From positions 65,348,001 to 65,412,000 of the forward strand of contig OX597815.1 of the NCBI GenBank assembly GCA_951406725.2: DNA of 64,000 nucleotides, read 5' to 3'. Every line of letters begins with the position of its first letter. Position 1 is the stretch's first letter. Below are positions 40,373 through 56,517 of the stretch, in pieces. Made by a program: the position numbers and the translations under genes. The DNA is from Octopus vulgaris (lineage: Eukaryota). Under the pieces are notes generated by a model. The model searched no databases. It had not been told where the DNA came from and saw only the letters and a list, made by a program, of their open reading frames with translations.

Positions 40373-42594
40373 TAATACAGTGAGCTGGTAGAATTGTTAG
40401 CAGCATTTTTTTCAGCTTTACATTCTGAGTTCAAATGCCACTGAAATCAACTTTGCTTTTCTTCCTTTTAGGATCAATAAAATAACTAAGTACCAGTTGA
40501 ACACTAGGGTTAATGGAATCAACTAGACTCACCCTACAAAAATTTCAGGCCTTGTTTCTATAGTAGAAAGAATTATTATTATCAGTATTATTTCTAAGGT
40601 GGCAAGCTGGCAGAACCATTAGCATGTCGGGGAAAAATGCTTAGCAGCATTTTATCTGTCTTTACATTCTGAGTTCAAATTCTACTGAGTTTGACTTTGC
40701 CTTTCATCTTTTCGGGGTTGATAAATTAAGTACCAGTGAAACACTGGGGTTGATGTAATCGACTAGTCCCCTCCCACAAAATCTGAGGCCTTATGCTTTT
40801 AGTAGAAAGGATTATTATTACTATTACTATCCTACTACACATCATTACCCCACCTGCGTTTTTTTGCAGTGTCAGTCATCTATTCCCTATATCCCACCAA
40901 CTCATGTATCACTGGTCAACTCTTAAACCATTCACTCAAACTCAATTTCTACAGATGTCGTCTACTCTTCTCGCATCCATTAGGAAGCACATGCAGCTGC
41001 AGAAACCATAGCAAAATAGACATTAAACCACAATGCAGCCTTCAGACCCATCAGATCCTGTCAAGCTGCAAGTATGGAACAAGGAGGAGGAGGAGGAGGA
41101 GGATTACAATGTCACATATCTGCTCAGTTTCTTGTTTTCTTTAATATTTTCTTATTTAGTGGTTTGATGCTGTGTTAATATTCCTCTGTGTCATGTCAGT
41201 GTGCCATGTTTGAAGTCATCTGTAATTATATTTTTATAGTTGTTACCTACCCTTCCCTCATCCCTACCTTGACTACTTGTCATCTCTCAACACTTGTTCT
41301 TCATAATATTCACCCTGTCGGTTATTTCTGTTGTTTCAGAAGAGGAGGGTCAATGCTAATGATATTTTTAGACTCTCTAAGACTGTGAGTTTATCATGGT
41401 TGGTGTTAAGTTTAAATCTTTGTAGATCAATGTCTGAAGGATAAATACAGAAGCAGATGTGAACGAGAATTTTCAAAGGAAAACATCTTTAACCCTTTTG
41501 TTACCATATTTCTGTTGACAAATGCAGTTTTTGTTTCAATTAATTTAGAAAATAATGAAGAATTAATGAAATAACTATTATAATTATTATTGTAGTGTTT
41601 GGAATGGAAGTTAACAGAAAAATCTGATGGAAGGTTTTAATTTAGATCACTTTAAACCTTTTGTTATCATACTTCTGTTGAAATACAATGTTTTTGTTTC
41701 AATTAATTTTGAAAATAATGAAGAATTTAATAAAATAATTTCGTCATTAAGTTGGTGTCTGGAACATAAATTAGTATGAAACTTTATTGGAAGGCTTTAA
41801 TTTAGATCACCAGCAGAAGGCTGGTTTATACACTCTGGGATCTGCAGTATCTTTCCCAAGAAAAATTATGTATTTTCAAACTTTGGCATGGAGTTCCTGT
41901 AGATATGGTACATGAAGAGAGAGAGGGGGGAGAGAGAAAGAGAGGAGTGGGAAGAGAGAGAGAAGAGAGAAGTGGAAAGAGAGAGAAAGAGGTGGGTAGG
42001 TTTAGTATGTAATTTTACACCAATGAGTTTGGTTTCCCTAGAGAAATAATTGACTGTTTTAAAACTATGGAGAATAATTCCATTGTTCCATGTTGCAGTT
42101 TCAAGATATAAATTTAGATAACCTTATCATTTATGAGATAACAAAGTAATTTCATTGGCCCCAGTTTTTAAGATTAATGTAGCTGTAAAATTATAAACTA
42201 AAAAATAGAATATTAAATAAAAGAATTTCATTAATATAAGAATATTTCATTTTTTGAAAAATGTTGGTCAGACTGAATGTTTTCTGTTGCATGTTGGAAA
42301 TTTATGGTGATTTGACAGGAATCTTGGAATCTGTACTTTATAAAGATGGGGCCTGAATGGAAGCAAAATGAAAATACATAAGTAGGAAAATGAAAATTCT
42401 TCATTATAAAAAGAAAGAAAAGCATGAAACATTGTGTTTTATAATGATAAAATAAATTAATGATTTCTTTAAATTTAAATTAGTTTTCATGAATCATCCA
42501 AATATGTATTTTGCTTCATAAATAGTTTGAATGCTAATCATCTAGTAAATTATTATCTTGAACAAAGTCCCATAATCTTTATCATCTATCCATC

Positions 42595-43070
42595 CATTTT
42601 CTCTGCCCAGTGTTCCTAGGTGGGTTGCTGGAGTAGAGTCCTCAGACACCACCTCTACAGAATCCTGTCAGATGCAGCCATCATTACACTTTCCAGCTGG
42701 ATTCCCAAGAGTAACCAACTGAGACTATGGATATTATCCAACCATCTCGTTCTTGGTCTACCCTTAGGTCTCCTGCTTGGCTTGAAGAATCTGTTTTGCA
42801 ATCCCTTCCTGTGACATTCTAACCACATGTTCACAGTACTGTAACTATGGCCTCTCAATGCAGAGAAGTAGCAGCTCAGCCTGAAGTGACTCCCTGATCC
42901 CTGAGCTACACACCATGTCAAGCAACATCACTCTAGAGATCCCTTGGAGGAACCCCATTTCAACTGCTTCTGTCATATTCTTTAATCATTACCCAACATT
43001 CATGACCATAAATGAGAATAGGTATGAAAACTGAAGCAAGTTTGGCTTTTTTACCAAACTCTTCTCTTGC
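42595..43070 (-). mobile_element. Degenerate 3' fragment of a second RTE-type LINE family
   Basis: FIPILIYGHECWVM and RRPKGRPRTRWLD, with a (GATG)-type tail. Confidence 0.75.
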
Positions 43071-44634
43071 TAGAGCTGTCCAAGGAAACTTAGTGTATGC
43101 AACATACTTAACATATATACATCTTTGACAGTGTATATACATTATATATGATCGCTAAAAAACATGGAAACTATATTTATGTAGAAAAATCAATGATGGT
43201 GGCATTCAGATCTCTTCACACAAAACTTATGGAACAATATAAACTCAGCACTGAAAACTAAGGAAATATTTGGCAAATTATTCAATACTGTTTCAGTTTC
43301 AAGTAAAATTTATCTCGTAGCAATGATAGGTCAAGAAAGCAGAATTCATGGAACATCGAACTGGAGCTCTTGTTCTTTGAAAAAGAGTAACAAACATAAA
43401 GGAGATGTTGAAGTTGATTGTCTACAGCCACACCAACCATTATTTAGTCTTCCCCTTTTTTCTTTGAAAGAGCAATAGCCTGAAATGTTAGACTTTTCAC
43501 TTTTCATGGCAAATGAAATTATTGATGTTCTTTAAACTCTTGTTTTTGTAGACTTTCATAAGGTTCTACTAATTTTTGCTGTAGATGAAAATTGGTGACT
43601 AGATGCAGCAATTCAAAAACCAACATAAAAGTCAAAAGTTAATTTCTGGGCTATTCCTTAAAAGGTGATGTTGTCTAATAATCTATTGAGAGATATTTGT
43701 ATTTACCATTTAACTGTTACATCAGTTGTGAAGGTTTGTGATTTAGTGGTTAGAGTATTAGGCTCATGATTGTAAGGTTGTGGGTTCAATTCCTGGACCA
43801 GTCAGTGCATTGTGTCCTTCAACTGTCACATCCTTCATGCTCCACAGAATCAAGAGAGGGAGGTAGGGCCATGAGGGTGTCTATGTCAGCTCACAACACA
43901 TCAAAAGTGTGGCACAATCTACCAAGCCACACTTGTTTTTGTGAATGATGACTATGATATTTTTATATGTCAATAAAGCTGAGCATTAACCACATCAGTT
44001 CCACTTATCTGGAACAGCTATCAAAGGTCATGTGCACTGCCTCTCTTCCTTTGATTAACTTATTTTTTAAAAAATGAAGGAAGCTGACCTTTAACAAGTT
44101 AAATGTTTTGACTGTAGACACAGCAAGCCACCAATGATAGGATATGAAACCTTGACATCAACTTACCCAGCTCTCTTTCAAAACTGTTTTGTTCTTTGTG
44201 GATTTTATGTCTGTTTTTCCACATTGGAATGGACTGGATGATAAATATAGACTTATTAATGAAGCAGTATTTAATTACCAGATACCCAGTGTGAATAATA
44301 ATGATTGAACCATCACAAGAATACCTTCTGACTCAAGTAAAGTAAAGAATTGTTTAAACCTTTTGATACCAATCCATTTGAGACCACTCATGGTCTCATG
44401 ACACAGACTTCCTGTTCTAAAGTGATCTAAATTAAAATCTTCCATCAAAATTTCATATTAAATTATGTTCCAAACACCTGCTTGATCTCAATATAAATTA
44501 TTTTACTAAAATTTTCATTATTTTCAAACTAATGTATTTCAACAGAAATACAGTAACAAAAGGTTCAAAAGAAATATAAGAAAAAATGAATTATAGAAGA
44601 AATTTCAGGTGTAGAACCATTAGAATCACAGGAC

Positions 44635-45330
44635 GGTTAACAGAGAATGTAGTCTTTGTGTGTGGCAGATATACAGGTACAATAAACACTAAGAATGTAT
44701 AGGAGATAGATTTTCTTAAATGTCTGGGGGGATCATTAGGAGTAGTAGACAGCATTTGTTACTGAGGTGACCAAGTTAGCAATGGAGGAAGAAGCTCTGA
44801 AAATGTAGCTGCTAGAATAAGAATGGATTGAGCAAAGTTTAGAGAGCTTCTACTTTTGTTGGTAACAAAGGGCCTCTCCCTCAGAGTGAAAGGCAGATTG
44901 TATGATGCCTATGTGTGGACAGCTATGCAACATGGTAGTGAAACATGGTCTATGACTACAGAGGACATGCAAGGTTTGAAAGAAATGAAGCCAACATGCT
45001 CTACTGGATGAATAATGTCAGTGTGCATATACAACAGAGGAAAATTGTCTATAGGAGGCATCAGATGTAGTGTACAAGAGAGAAGACTGTGCTGGTATGG
45101 TCATGTGATATGTATGAAAGAGGACAGCTGCATAAATAAGTACCAATCTCTAACTGTAGAGGGAACCTGTGGAAAAAGAAGATTCAGGAAGATGTGAAAC
45201 AAAGTGGTGAGAAATGATCTTCAAATGTTGACCCTCACAGAGATGATGACAAGGGGATGAGACTGCTGACAAGGGATGAGTCTGCTGACAAGGGGATGAG
45301 ACTGCTGACAAGAGGATGAGACTGCTGGCG
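44635..45330 (+). mobile_element. Old RTE LINE fragment ending in a 20-bp minisatellite
   Basis: Homologous to 60170-61040 with many stops. gacaaggggatgagactgct x4 at about 45248-45327. Confidence 0.85.
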
Positions 45331-45392
45331 ATTTGCTGCCAAGTAAAATTGTGGCCATCCATACATACAAGCATGTCCTTTATGGCCATACC

Positions 45393-45429
<37 letters not shown>

Positions 45430-46123
45430 CACACACACACACACACAACACATACACACACAACACACACACAACACACACACACACAACACACACACAC
45501 AATCTGTCCTCTGTCAAAATTCCCCCTCAACTCATCTTTCCAATACCCCCCCCACTACCCATGATCATCACCTGCTGCAGGCTCTTCCATTCTTCCTCAT
45601 GTGCCTATCAGCACACTCTCCCTGCCCTCACATGTTTACCATATCCTCCTCTCAGCCACTTCAATTTCTCTCACCATCACTTGCTACAGTCACTTCCCCC
45701 CCCACCCCGATATCTAAATATTTCCCCTCACAATCTTATGGAACATCCCCCTCTGTCCCTTTTGTACCACTTACACTCCCCTCCACTGTTCCCTGTGGGT
45801 AAATCCCAATGCATCTCCCATAGGAATAATTTATCTCTCTCTCTCCTCGCTCTCTCCTCTCTCCTTCACTCTCTCTCCCTCACTCTCTCTCCCATCTCAC
45901 AAGTTACTTGATGACCCCACTGGTGTTGGGGCCATGTAAAAAGCACCGGTGTTGGGGGTCACATTAAAAGCATTCAGCACACTCTGTAAAGTGATTCGTG
46001 CTAGGAGGGGCATCAAGCCATAGAAACTATGCCAAAGCAGATAATGGGGCTTGGTGCAGCTCTCTTGCTTGCCAGCTCCTGTCAAACCATTTAACCCATG
46101 CAGCATGGACGACAGACATAAAC

Positions 46124-46154
<31 letters not shown>

Positions 46155-49100
46155 AGAGATTGAAATCAAACAAAAAAATCCAAAAATCAAATAATTTTAT
46201 TTTATTTATTTATATTTTATCTAAATTTGAAATCAAAATTAAAATTTATTTTGATGTTGATGAAGATAGTTTGTTGTCCTACACAATGGAGAATAACTGT
46301 GATGACATGGTGCCAGCAATAACTTCATGTATAGCCTGTAAGTTGAAGTCTTCAGCTTTTACCATCCAAGGTTTTTTTTAACCCAATATTTATTTACATG
46401 CTATTTATGGCTTCATCTACTTCAAGTTCAACAATTAAAAATAAAATCTATTTCATGTCTCCTACGTTTCTAAATTCTTATGATGTAAACAACATATATA
46501 ACTCTGTGTCTGTGTGTGTGTGTGCGTGCGCGTGTGTGTGTGTGCACGTGTGTGTGTGTGCACGTGTGTGTGTGTATGTGTGTGTGTGTGTGTGCACGCA
46601 TGTGCTAATGTGTGTGTTTGTTAGTGATGAACTACCACATAGTTTTCATCTACCAAATAAATTTACAAAGCATTGATCAGCCCAGTACCATAGTAGAAAA
46701 CACTTGCCTAGAGTACAGTATCATAGGTTAGAACCCAAAACCATGTGCCTGTAAAGCAAGCTCCTTAACCACAAACACATTATGAAGCACATATACACTT
46801 AATCATATATTCACTCACAAGGCATTGGTCAGCCTGTGGCAATTGTAGAAAATACCTGTCTAAGATGTTGTACAGTGGAACTAGACTCAAAACCATATGG
46901 TCATGAAGAAAACATAACTAGACAGTCATACCTGCACTGATATTTCATTTGATACAAGGATTTTGTGAACTGGCAAGAAAATAAAATTATACAAAATATT
47001 TAAATGATTGAGACTTGTTTTTGTTGTTTTGGGATTGCTTTGATTTTTCTTTTCTTTTTTTTGTAAAGTTACTCCAAGAGTTCAAAGTCAGATTTCTATG
47101 TTCCCAAGGCTAAATGAAGAATATGTTTGATCCTTCATTTTACTAAGAATTTTCTATATTTCATCAATGAATATGTCCAAAAGTCTTTTTATCTTCCTGC
47201 TAATGCAAGCATAAATGTGTGTGCTTTTTTTGGCTTTCATGATAAGAGTGATGTTAGCTTTAATCACTTAACTTTATGCATCTTACTTTTTCTATTCTTT
47301 ATATTCTTTTTTTTTTTTTTTACCTTTTCTCGTCTGTTTTTGATGCAATTAATTTCCTATCCATTATTTCCCTTCTTTGTTGCTGCAGCAGCCTCCATTC
47401 CCTCTCTTCCAACACTACATTGGCTACAAATAACCAACACAATGTTCTGTTTTAAGGCCATTATATAAATAAAAGCCATACTTAAATGCTATTTTTTCCT
47501 CATCTGTGTGTTATTTCTATCTGTTTCTATTTTACCTTGTGCATTTATTAGTTATAAACCATTCTAATTAGTGTCTTTATACTGACTTATACAATGTACT
47601 TTTATTGCAAAAATAATTTCTCTTTACTAGGTGCACAGCAATATTTATGGAAGAGAAACATGTATGATTGAATCAAAATCAGTGCATTACTGGTACCTAT
47701 TTTTATTGATGACATTATAAAGAAAAGTTAACCCTGGTAGAAAATTATTGCAGAATGTCTCTAAATGTTTCACATACAGCAAAGTAAAGCAATTCATTCT
47801 GGTGTTCTATAGTTTCTGCTAGTCAACCATTTTTACCATTCTAGTAACAAATATTTCAAACTTGACCACCATTTCTATAAATTCATAAGAGTTGGAATAA
47901 TCATGGTAGGGGTACTAGCAGTTGTGAATGAAGTCCACTATATATATATATATAGCTCTTACTCACAAACCAATATTACATGATAGTGTGTACCGTCATC
48001 ATAATCATCACCACCATCATCATCATCATCCTCATCATCATCACCATCATAATCATCACTACCACTGTCATCATCATCACCACCATCGCCCTTACCATCT
48101 TTGTTGTCATTGTCATAATCATCATCATTGTCATCATGATCAACATCATCATTTAATTTCTATATTCCATAATGTCGTGGGTTGGATGGTTTAACAGGAT
48201 CCAATGCATCCAAGGACTGTAACAAGCACCAATGTCTGTTTTGGTCCGATTTCTACAGCTGGATGCCCTTCCTAACATCAACGACTTTACAGTGTGGATG
48301 GGGTGTTTTGTTTTTATGCTAATCTGCACTACTGTGTTTGCTAAGTAGTTCACAGGATTATGTGCTCTGAAGGAAGTGATGATGGTTGGGGAAATCAGCT
48401 TCATGCAAAGGTTTGAGGGGATTACTATAAGAGAATGGGCAGCACAGGATCCTGCCAAGGAATCTTTCACTAACTCCTTTAGGTACCTCTGTTTTCATGA
48501 ATGTCAGCTTAAAACTTCTGCTTCTCAATCATGTTGCTTTAAGTTCAGTCCTATTGCATGGCATGAGTCTTGTACTGTAGTTCCACATTAACCAATGCCT
48601 TGTGAGGGAATTTGGTCAACAGAAACTGAAAGAAGCCTAATTCTGACTCTCTTTCTCTCTCTCTCTCTCTCCCTCTCCCTCTCTCTCTCTCTCTTTCATA
48701 TATGCATAGACACACACACTTGTTTGAGTTCTGTGTGTGTGGGTGGTTGGGTTTGTGCATGCATGTGTGCATGTGTGTGTGTGCATGTGTAAATGTTTAC
48801 AAGCTACACTGATGGAAATAAGTATCAGAAATACACATAACAGATTACTGAAGCAACTGAGTTGATAATGACAATAAGAATAAAATCATCATCATCATTT
48901 AACCCATGGCATGGGTTGGATGGTTTGACAGGAGTTGGCAAGCTAGAAGACTGCACCAAGCTGCACTGTCCGTTTTGGCAGGATTTTTACAGCTAGATGT
49001 CCTTCCTAGCACTAATGATTGGAGTCTTATCTTTTACTTGCTTCAGTAAATATACTTACTTTTAAAACCTGGCACTTATTCTGTCTCTTTTACCAAACCA

Positions 49101-50240
49101 TTAAGTTACTGGGATGTAAACACACAAACACCATATAAACATTATGGAAACTTCTTGTAGTAGAAACTGAAGGAAGTGCAGCAAAAAAATGGTTGAGATC
49201 AAAGAAATGTTTGACTAAATTCTGTACAATATTTTATTTTACATTTCTAAGTTCCTAATTAAAGTTCTGAGAGTTTCAATTTGGCCTCATTTCTTCACAA
49301 TGAAAAATAACAAACCTGATACCTGTCGTTAAAAATATGCATAATTATACATAATTATTTGCATAAACTACCTGTATGTAGTTTATGCAAATGATTCTAA
49401 TAATAGGTATTCTCCTGTCTACTATATCATCGTTGTTGTCCTACTGCTCATCCAACCTATTTTTCTGTACTGCCAGTTACCTCCTACTCTCTGTATCTCC
49501 CCCAATTGATACATCATTGGTCATCTCCCATCCCTTATCTTCCATTCACTACATCTACCTTTCAAACCTGCTCAAACTTTACAGTTATTACCTACTTCAA
49601 ATCCCCTCTCCATTCCCATCTCTTACCCCCATACACTCTTGCAACCCCCACCCACTCCCATTCTTGATTCCTCTATCCCCATTCACTTTTAGTCATCTCA
49701 TAGCTGAGGTTGAGCATTCACCCGAACACTTTATCACCATTATTTTTATCTCTTTATCCAGTTCCATACAATCACTCCCTTCCTCTTTTCTAAAGAGTGA
49801 GTAACCATGTAGCTCCTCTACAGCAAGAAACCTACTCTGCTCTGGCCTCTTCCCACATAATTTAACCCCTCATTGCCTAGTGCAACGGCACTCCCTCAGG
49901 CCTCCTAGTCTTGCACAATATAAGGTGACTTCAATAGAGCTGGCAGCATGAAAAAAAAAGCACCCAGAACATACTGTAAAGTGGTTGGCATTAGGCAAAC
50001 TAGCCATAGAAACTATTTCCTAAGTAAACAATAGAACATGTTGCAGTCCTTGAACCCATCAGATCCTGTCGAACCATCCAAACCATGCTAGCTTGAAACC
50101 TGGACATTAAATGGTGATGATGAGGATGATGATGATGATGGTTGTAAGTCTAGGTAAAATAATTTTAATTTTTATGAATGATTGCATCACCACCACCACC
50201 ATCACTACCACCACCACCACCATCATTACCACCACCACCG

Positions 50241-50276
<36 letters not shown>

Positions 50277-53200
50277 TCATCACTATCATCATTTTAATGC
50301 TCACTTTTCCAAGTTTGCATGGGTAGGACGGAGTTTAACAGATGTAGAGTTTTTTTGGTTAGATGCCCTTCCTGCCACCAAAACTCACCTGTTTCCAAGC
50401 AAGGTAATGTTTCACCTAGACCAGACACATTTTCGCAGAATATTGGAAATGAATGACACAGCTTGTATGATGGTGATGTTTATTTACAGTTGTCATGTGA
50501 TACCAAGGCAAGGAGATGCAAGCATACACACACTCACACTCATACACAAATATATGCATATATTTCAATCATCATCAGTGTTGTCATCACTTAACAGCCA
50601 TTTTCCATGCTGGCATGGACAATTTGGTTGGATGATTTGACAGGAGGTGGATAGCCAAAAGACTGCACCAAGCTCTTCTGTCTGTTTTGGCATAGTTTCT
50701 ATAGCGTGATTCCCTTCCTAATGCCAACTACTTTACAGAATGTACTGGGTGCTTTTTACGCAACACCAGCACCAATAAGGTCATTAAGTAATATGTAAGA
50801 CAATGACAAAGGACCCTCAAGTGATGAAGGAGTAGTATTAAGAGAGGTGCCAGGTAATGAGAGGTTAAGGGATAGAAACAAGTGTCTTTCTGTAGAGGAG
50901 ACACATGGCTACCCCGTGTGCCAGAGGAGAGAGAGGGAGAGAGGGTAGTGAAAATGTGCCAGGGTGCACCCTCCAGGTACAAGGAGGTGAATGTAAGTGG
51001 AGTTGCACAGAGGATTGAACAGGGTGAGTGAGCAAGGTAAAATAAAGTTTCCTTCTTGAGCCATGCCAACTCATAAGGGCTGATTTCCCTGTTTCCATGA
51101 TGTATAAATTCTGCACCTGGCTGGGACACCAGTCCATCACAGGGTTACTCATTTTTGCCAGCTGAATGGACTGGAGCAATGTGAAATGAAGTGTTTCGCT
51201 CAAGAACACAATGCATCACCCTGTCCAGGAATTGAAATCACAATCTTATAATCATGAGTCCAACACCCTACTAAGACATGTACCTCCATAAGTGAGCAAG
51301 GAGTTCATAAGGGTGCAAACAGAGAGAAGAAAACAGAGGGAGCAGGGTAGAGAAATGTAAGAAATAGTGAATACAGTGTGTATAGGGAAGTGGAAGGATA
51401 GCCATGATATTTATTGGCAGGGGGAAGACAGGGAAGAGAGATATGACAAAGTGGCATTGGAGAGCAGGGAAACAAAGAGAGAGAGAGAGAGAGAGAGAGC
51501 ACAGTGCATAGTGAGATGTAATTTAGTTCATTGGGAGAGGAGTTGGAGATTAATCTAACATGTGGGGGAGAGCATGTAATACACAGCACTTCTAGAAATC
51601 AGTTTCATCAGACAAGCTTCTTTCAGTTTCTCTCTACCAAATTAATCCACTCACAAGGCTTTGGCCATAGGTACTACACAGTGGGACTGAACCCAAAAAC
51701 CATGTGGTTGGGATAGCAAACTTGTTAACTATTCAGCCACACCTGCACAATAACCACATCAAGTGAGATAATTTCAATGCTTGTGCATGATTATAACACT
51801 AGATAAGATAATTTGGATAACCTTGGTATCATGCATGAACTAGACAGAATATGTGGAATGAATTTACAATGGGATTGAAGGAGAGGTGAAGACTGAGTAA
51901 TAACTTTTAGGAGAGTGAGAAAAAAATGCAATACTAAAAAAAAGAACCTACACACCTTTCATAAAAGGTAAAATGAAAACCTTGATCCTATTTATAGTTT
52001 TACTATCAGAAACAATTTATTAAACTGTGAGCAATATAGTAATCTAAACAGGTATTGCCACTATGTACCAAAATATATAAATAAATAATAATAATAACTC
52101 TAAGAAAAAAGCTGCTCTACTTTGACAGATGTCAACCAGGTGAGGTTTGTTGTCAATGTCATAAGGTGAATGAATAAAGAAAAGTTGAGTATCAGCTATT
52201 TAAGACAACAAGAATCGGAACTAGGACTTGTTCTAATGAAGAAAATTTATTGAGGTAAGTGGAGACTCTGATCTCACGATTATAGAGTGGGTTTTTTTCT
52301 CATAACCTATAAAAAAACTTGAAATCAAACTGTAATGCACAAGGCATTTTAAGGAACTGGCAGTCAAGTATATCAACCTAATACTATATTGGTACTTTAT
52401 AGTACTAATACTATATTGGTACTTTATTTTATTGGCCCCAGAGGAATGAATCCAGATCCTCTGGAGCTGGATTCAGAATCTAAAGAACTGGAAAAAATAC
52501 TGCAAAGTACTTTTACTAATGCTATAACAATTCTATTGACCCAGCATCCTAACTGTAATATAAATAATAAAAATCTTTTTTTAATTTAAAAAAGTTCTTG
52601 GATTCTAGCCACTCATGGCACCTTTTCATAGCAAATTGAACTGAACCAACAAACATTGACTCTTTTGATGCTGAACCATCTTAGTCCACCCATGGTTTTA
52701 TGATATAAACTTGGTTATTTTAAATTAATCTGAATTAAAACCTTACCATCAAAATTTCATGTTAATTTGAGTATCAAACAAAAGCTTAATAACTACAAAG
52801 ATATTTTATTACATTCTTCATTCTTTTCAAAACTTTATTGGAACAAAAACAGTGAATTTCAACAGAAATATAATAACAAAAAATGTTAGATGATTTAGCT
52901 TTGAAAGATATACTGCACTGGTAAGAGGATACAAATTATTGACATGAAATTTGTTCTATACAAATATGTTATACATATATATATATACTGGAGAAGTCTA
53001 TATGTATGTGTTATGTATGGAATGCTTGTATAGTAATAATTCAAAGTTTTAATTGAGAGCCAAAAAAGATATTTTTGTATTTATGAAGCAAATAACATTG
53101 GATGTCATAGGAACTTATATGAATTGATATATTAATTTGCATTGTGAATCTGTTGAAGATTTTCAGAAAAACTTCCAAATCAGAAAGAATGCTTACAATT

Positions 53201-53659
53201 TCAAAAGTTTATTGGTTAACAGAGATTAAAATGCTTTGAAAGACACAAGAAAGTTGAACAAAAAAAAAAAATGAATGAAAAGACGTTTTGTGTGACCATG
53301 AAATAAAATTACATTATAAAAGTTAGTCGGTCAATATAATGTCTGCAAAAGATTTAAGATGGTTGAAGATTAAAGGTCAAAGGTCTCCAGTTGACAAAAG
53401 ACAAGAAATGAGATTCCAGATTCACTATTTGAGGATAATATTACGTAAAGCCAGCAAGTCTAGTTGAACAGAAAACCCCCTAGCATCAGACAATGCATAT
53501 TACATGACAAGATAAAAAACAAGATCAAAAAATAAATCTACCTAAGATTCAACAATTTTCTGGAAGTAGAAATAGAGGCCAGAACTTAATTTATTCAGAT
53601 TTAATTCTCAAGAATAAAATTACCCATACTTTATAGCTTAAAAATTGCAGTACATGTGA

Positions 53660-54525
53660 GAGCAAAACCAAATGACATCAACTTTTCTAGTTCTGGTAGT
53701 GATTCAACTATAAGAACAAGGTCATTAGCATAGAGAAGCTCCCAAGGGCAGGCAGTCCTAAATTCCTGTTATGGATGGTTTGTACAGCTGTCATCAACTA
53801 CTCATTTATCCCTAGCTTCAACATTGACCACCAGATAAAGGAGCAGGGGACCCTGTCAAAGGCTTCTCTTTACGTCAATAAAAGCCAGGTAAGAGATTTA
53901 TTTTTGGCTATGTATTGTGCCTGCAGTTGCCTAAGCAGGAAGATAACATCAATAATGCTTCTTCCTGGCACAAAACCAAACTGCATCTTATCTAGACTTC
54001 CTTTCTGATTAGTTGAGCTTATGACCCTCTCAGTAACTTTCATCAGTTGGTCCAGCAATTTGATACCTCTGCAATTATTTCTCTTTTACTGTTGTAGCAG
54101 TTGACTATAATGCTGCCACACCAGTAATTGGGTATGACTCCCTCCTGGACAACCTGATTAACTATGTGGATGACTAGACAGTATCCCATTTCAGTGGTGA
54201 TTCCTGATGGGCTGGGGGCTTTCCTTGTCTCCATATCCTTCATAGCTTTATCTACCAAGCTACTGTCTATTCAGATGGCTGGTACCTCCATTGGATCCAC
54301 ATTAGGCAGGCTCTCCTTCTCTCTTGTATTCTCTACACTTAGCAGCCTCTCATAGTGGCACTTCCAAGCCTTGTTCTTTGCAGAATCACTAATTGCAAGT
54401 GAGCCATCATCCATGTGAACACACTTCTCTCCTACAACATCTCGATTTTCCCTGACATACTGTCTTGCAAACTGAAGCACCTCAAGCTGTTGATCCTCAC
54501 ACCACAAAACATTGGCAAACGTCTT
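53660..54525 (-). mobile_element. Old RTE LINE fragment (tether and RT N-terminus)
   Basis: RENRDVVGEKCV, KAPSPSGIT, LDQLMKVTERV, MQFGFVPGRS, WELLYANDL. Confidence 0.9.
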
Positions 54526-55309
54526 TGTTTATAATACATTTATAATGATTTTAAGTTGCAGCTGACATACTTAAAATTTTCTTTGGGTTTTTGATATTTC
54601 AGGTTTAAAATGATTTGTAGTACTCTAGTTGCCTTTTGGTTTATATATTTGCAAATACTTACCCTTGACAATATTTTTCAAAATATAGTAGTTAATGCCA
54701 ACAATCTGCCTCTGACCATAAGAAAGTAATAGAGTATCAAATTTCTTTATTGGATGTGAATACTATTCACTCATGGTAAGAGCCACAAATGGCTTTAGGT
54801 TGATGGCTTTAACCCTTTAGTGTTCAGATTACTCTGTTAAATGTAATACCTTTTCACTCAAATTGTTTTGAATTAATCATGCATTATCTTATAGCTTTGA
54901 GGTTTCAATGATGTGATTGTTTATTTTCAGAATGACCTTGTAGGTTAGGAGTGAGAGGCTAGATATCGCCAGTTTGAATATAAAACATGTAGAATATATT
55001 GGGCCGGATTTGGCCGGTTTAAACACTAAAGGGTTAAATAGATGGCCTAGCTCTATAGAAATGCCACATTGAGCAAATTCGATTATTTTTTTCTTTTCTT
55101 TGTTTCTTTTTCTTTGGTAGTTGTTTTGTTTTGGTTCTGAAGAAAATATAGTTCGGGGTACTGGTTCCCTATATTTTTCAGTTGATCAAACTGAAAAATA
55201 TAAGATTGAACCATGAATGCAACCAAATATATACCTGAAAGGGATGTAAGCCTATAATAAATACATAAGTGTATATAACTCATTATTTCTGTCTATTGTT
55301 ATATATGTA

Positions 55310-56517
55310 TTAGATTGTCCAGAAAGTTCTGAGCATTTTTGAGCTAAATCTTTTAACGCTTCATTGAACACACCTGAAACGCAACACAGTAAAAACTTTG
55401 GCATTGCTTGAAGTGGTAGTGCATCTCTTCCTCGTTCTTGACTAAAAATAGATTTATCTTTCATTCCAGTTACCCTTTATTGACATTTGAAGTGGATAAA
55501 AAAAAAGTTCATATTTGCATTGTAATGCTTTTCTTTTTTTAAAAAAAGAGAAAATGGTGCAAAGATCGCAAAAGCATTTGCGAAGTTTATGGTGATGATG
55601 CTGTTGGTGAATCAATTGTTCAAAGGTGGTTTGTAAAATTTAAAGCTGGGGAGTTTAGCTTGGAAAATGACAGTCGCAGTGGAAGACCTTCAAAATTGAA
55701 GGAAGATGTTTTGAAAGGAAAAAACCGAAGGAAACTCAAATGTCATAACTAGAGAACTTGCAGAGGAGTTTGAAGTTTCTAGAAGTACAGCACATGAACA
55801 CCTAGTGAATCTAGGATACATTTCTCACTATAATATATGAGTCCCTCGCAAAATCTCAGAAAAGAATTGTTTAGAAAATGTATATATAGAAATTATATAG
55901 AAAATGTAGTGTGAAAAAGATCCATAAGTTTGCATAAGGATCCTCCAAAACAGCAACCAAAGATGGATATCCATGCCAAAAATGCTATGTTTTGTGTTTG
56001 GTGGGATCACAAGGCATTATTTATAATGAGCTTCTCCCACAAAACCATAGCATTTATTCTGATGTGTACTGTCATCAGCTGGCTAATTTGAACCAAAACA
56101 TCCAAGAACTGAGGCCAGAGATTACCACCAGGAAAGGGGTAGTGTCCCAATAAAACAATGCCCGACCACATATGTCTTTGGCTACCCAAACAAAGTTACA
56201 TGAACTTGGTTGGGATCTCTTACTCCATCCACCATATTCTCCTGATAGTGTGCCCTCGAACTAACACTTGTTTTTGTCTCTACAAAACACTTAGCAAGGA
56301 AAAGTTTGGATGGAGTCAAAATGCATCTAGATAATTTTTTATTTTTTGCAAAACCAGTCAAATTTTATGTTGATGGAATATTTAAACTGCCTGATAGCTG
56401 GGCATAGGTCATTAATAATAATGGAAATGACTTCATTGAATAAAATTTATTGAGAGGTCGATTATTTATATCCCTTTTTGCATATGAAAAAATGCTCAGA
56501 ACTTTCCGGACAACCTA

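Noticed and set aside
50107-50640. Poly-His, poly-Thr and poly-Met ORFs (also 47928-48194, 40118-40406)
   Set aside because: Trinucleotide microsatellites running into repeat-derived sequence, with no domain or splice support.
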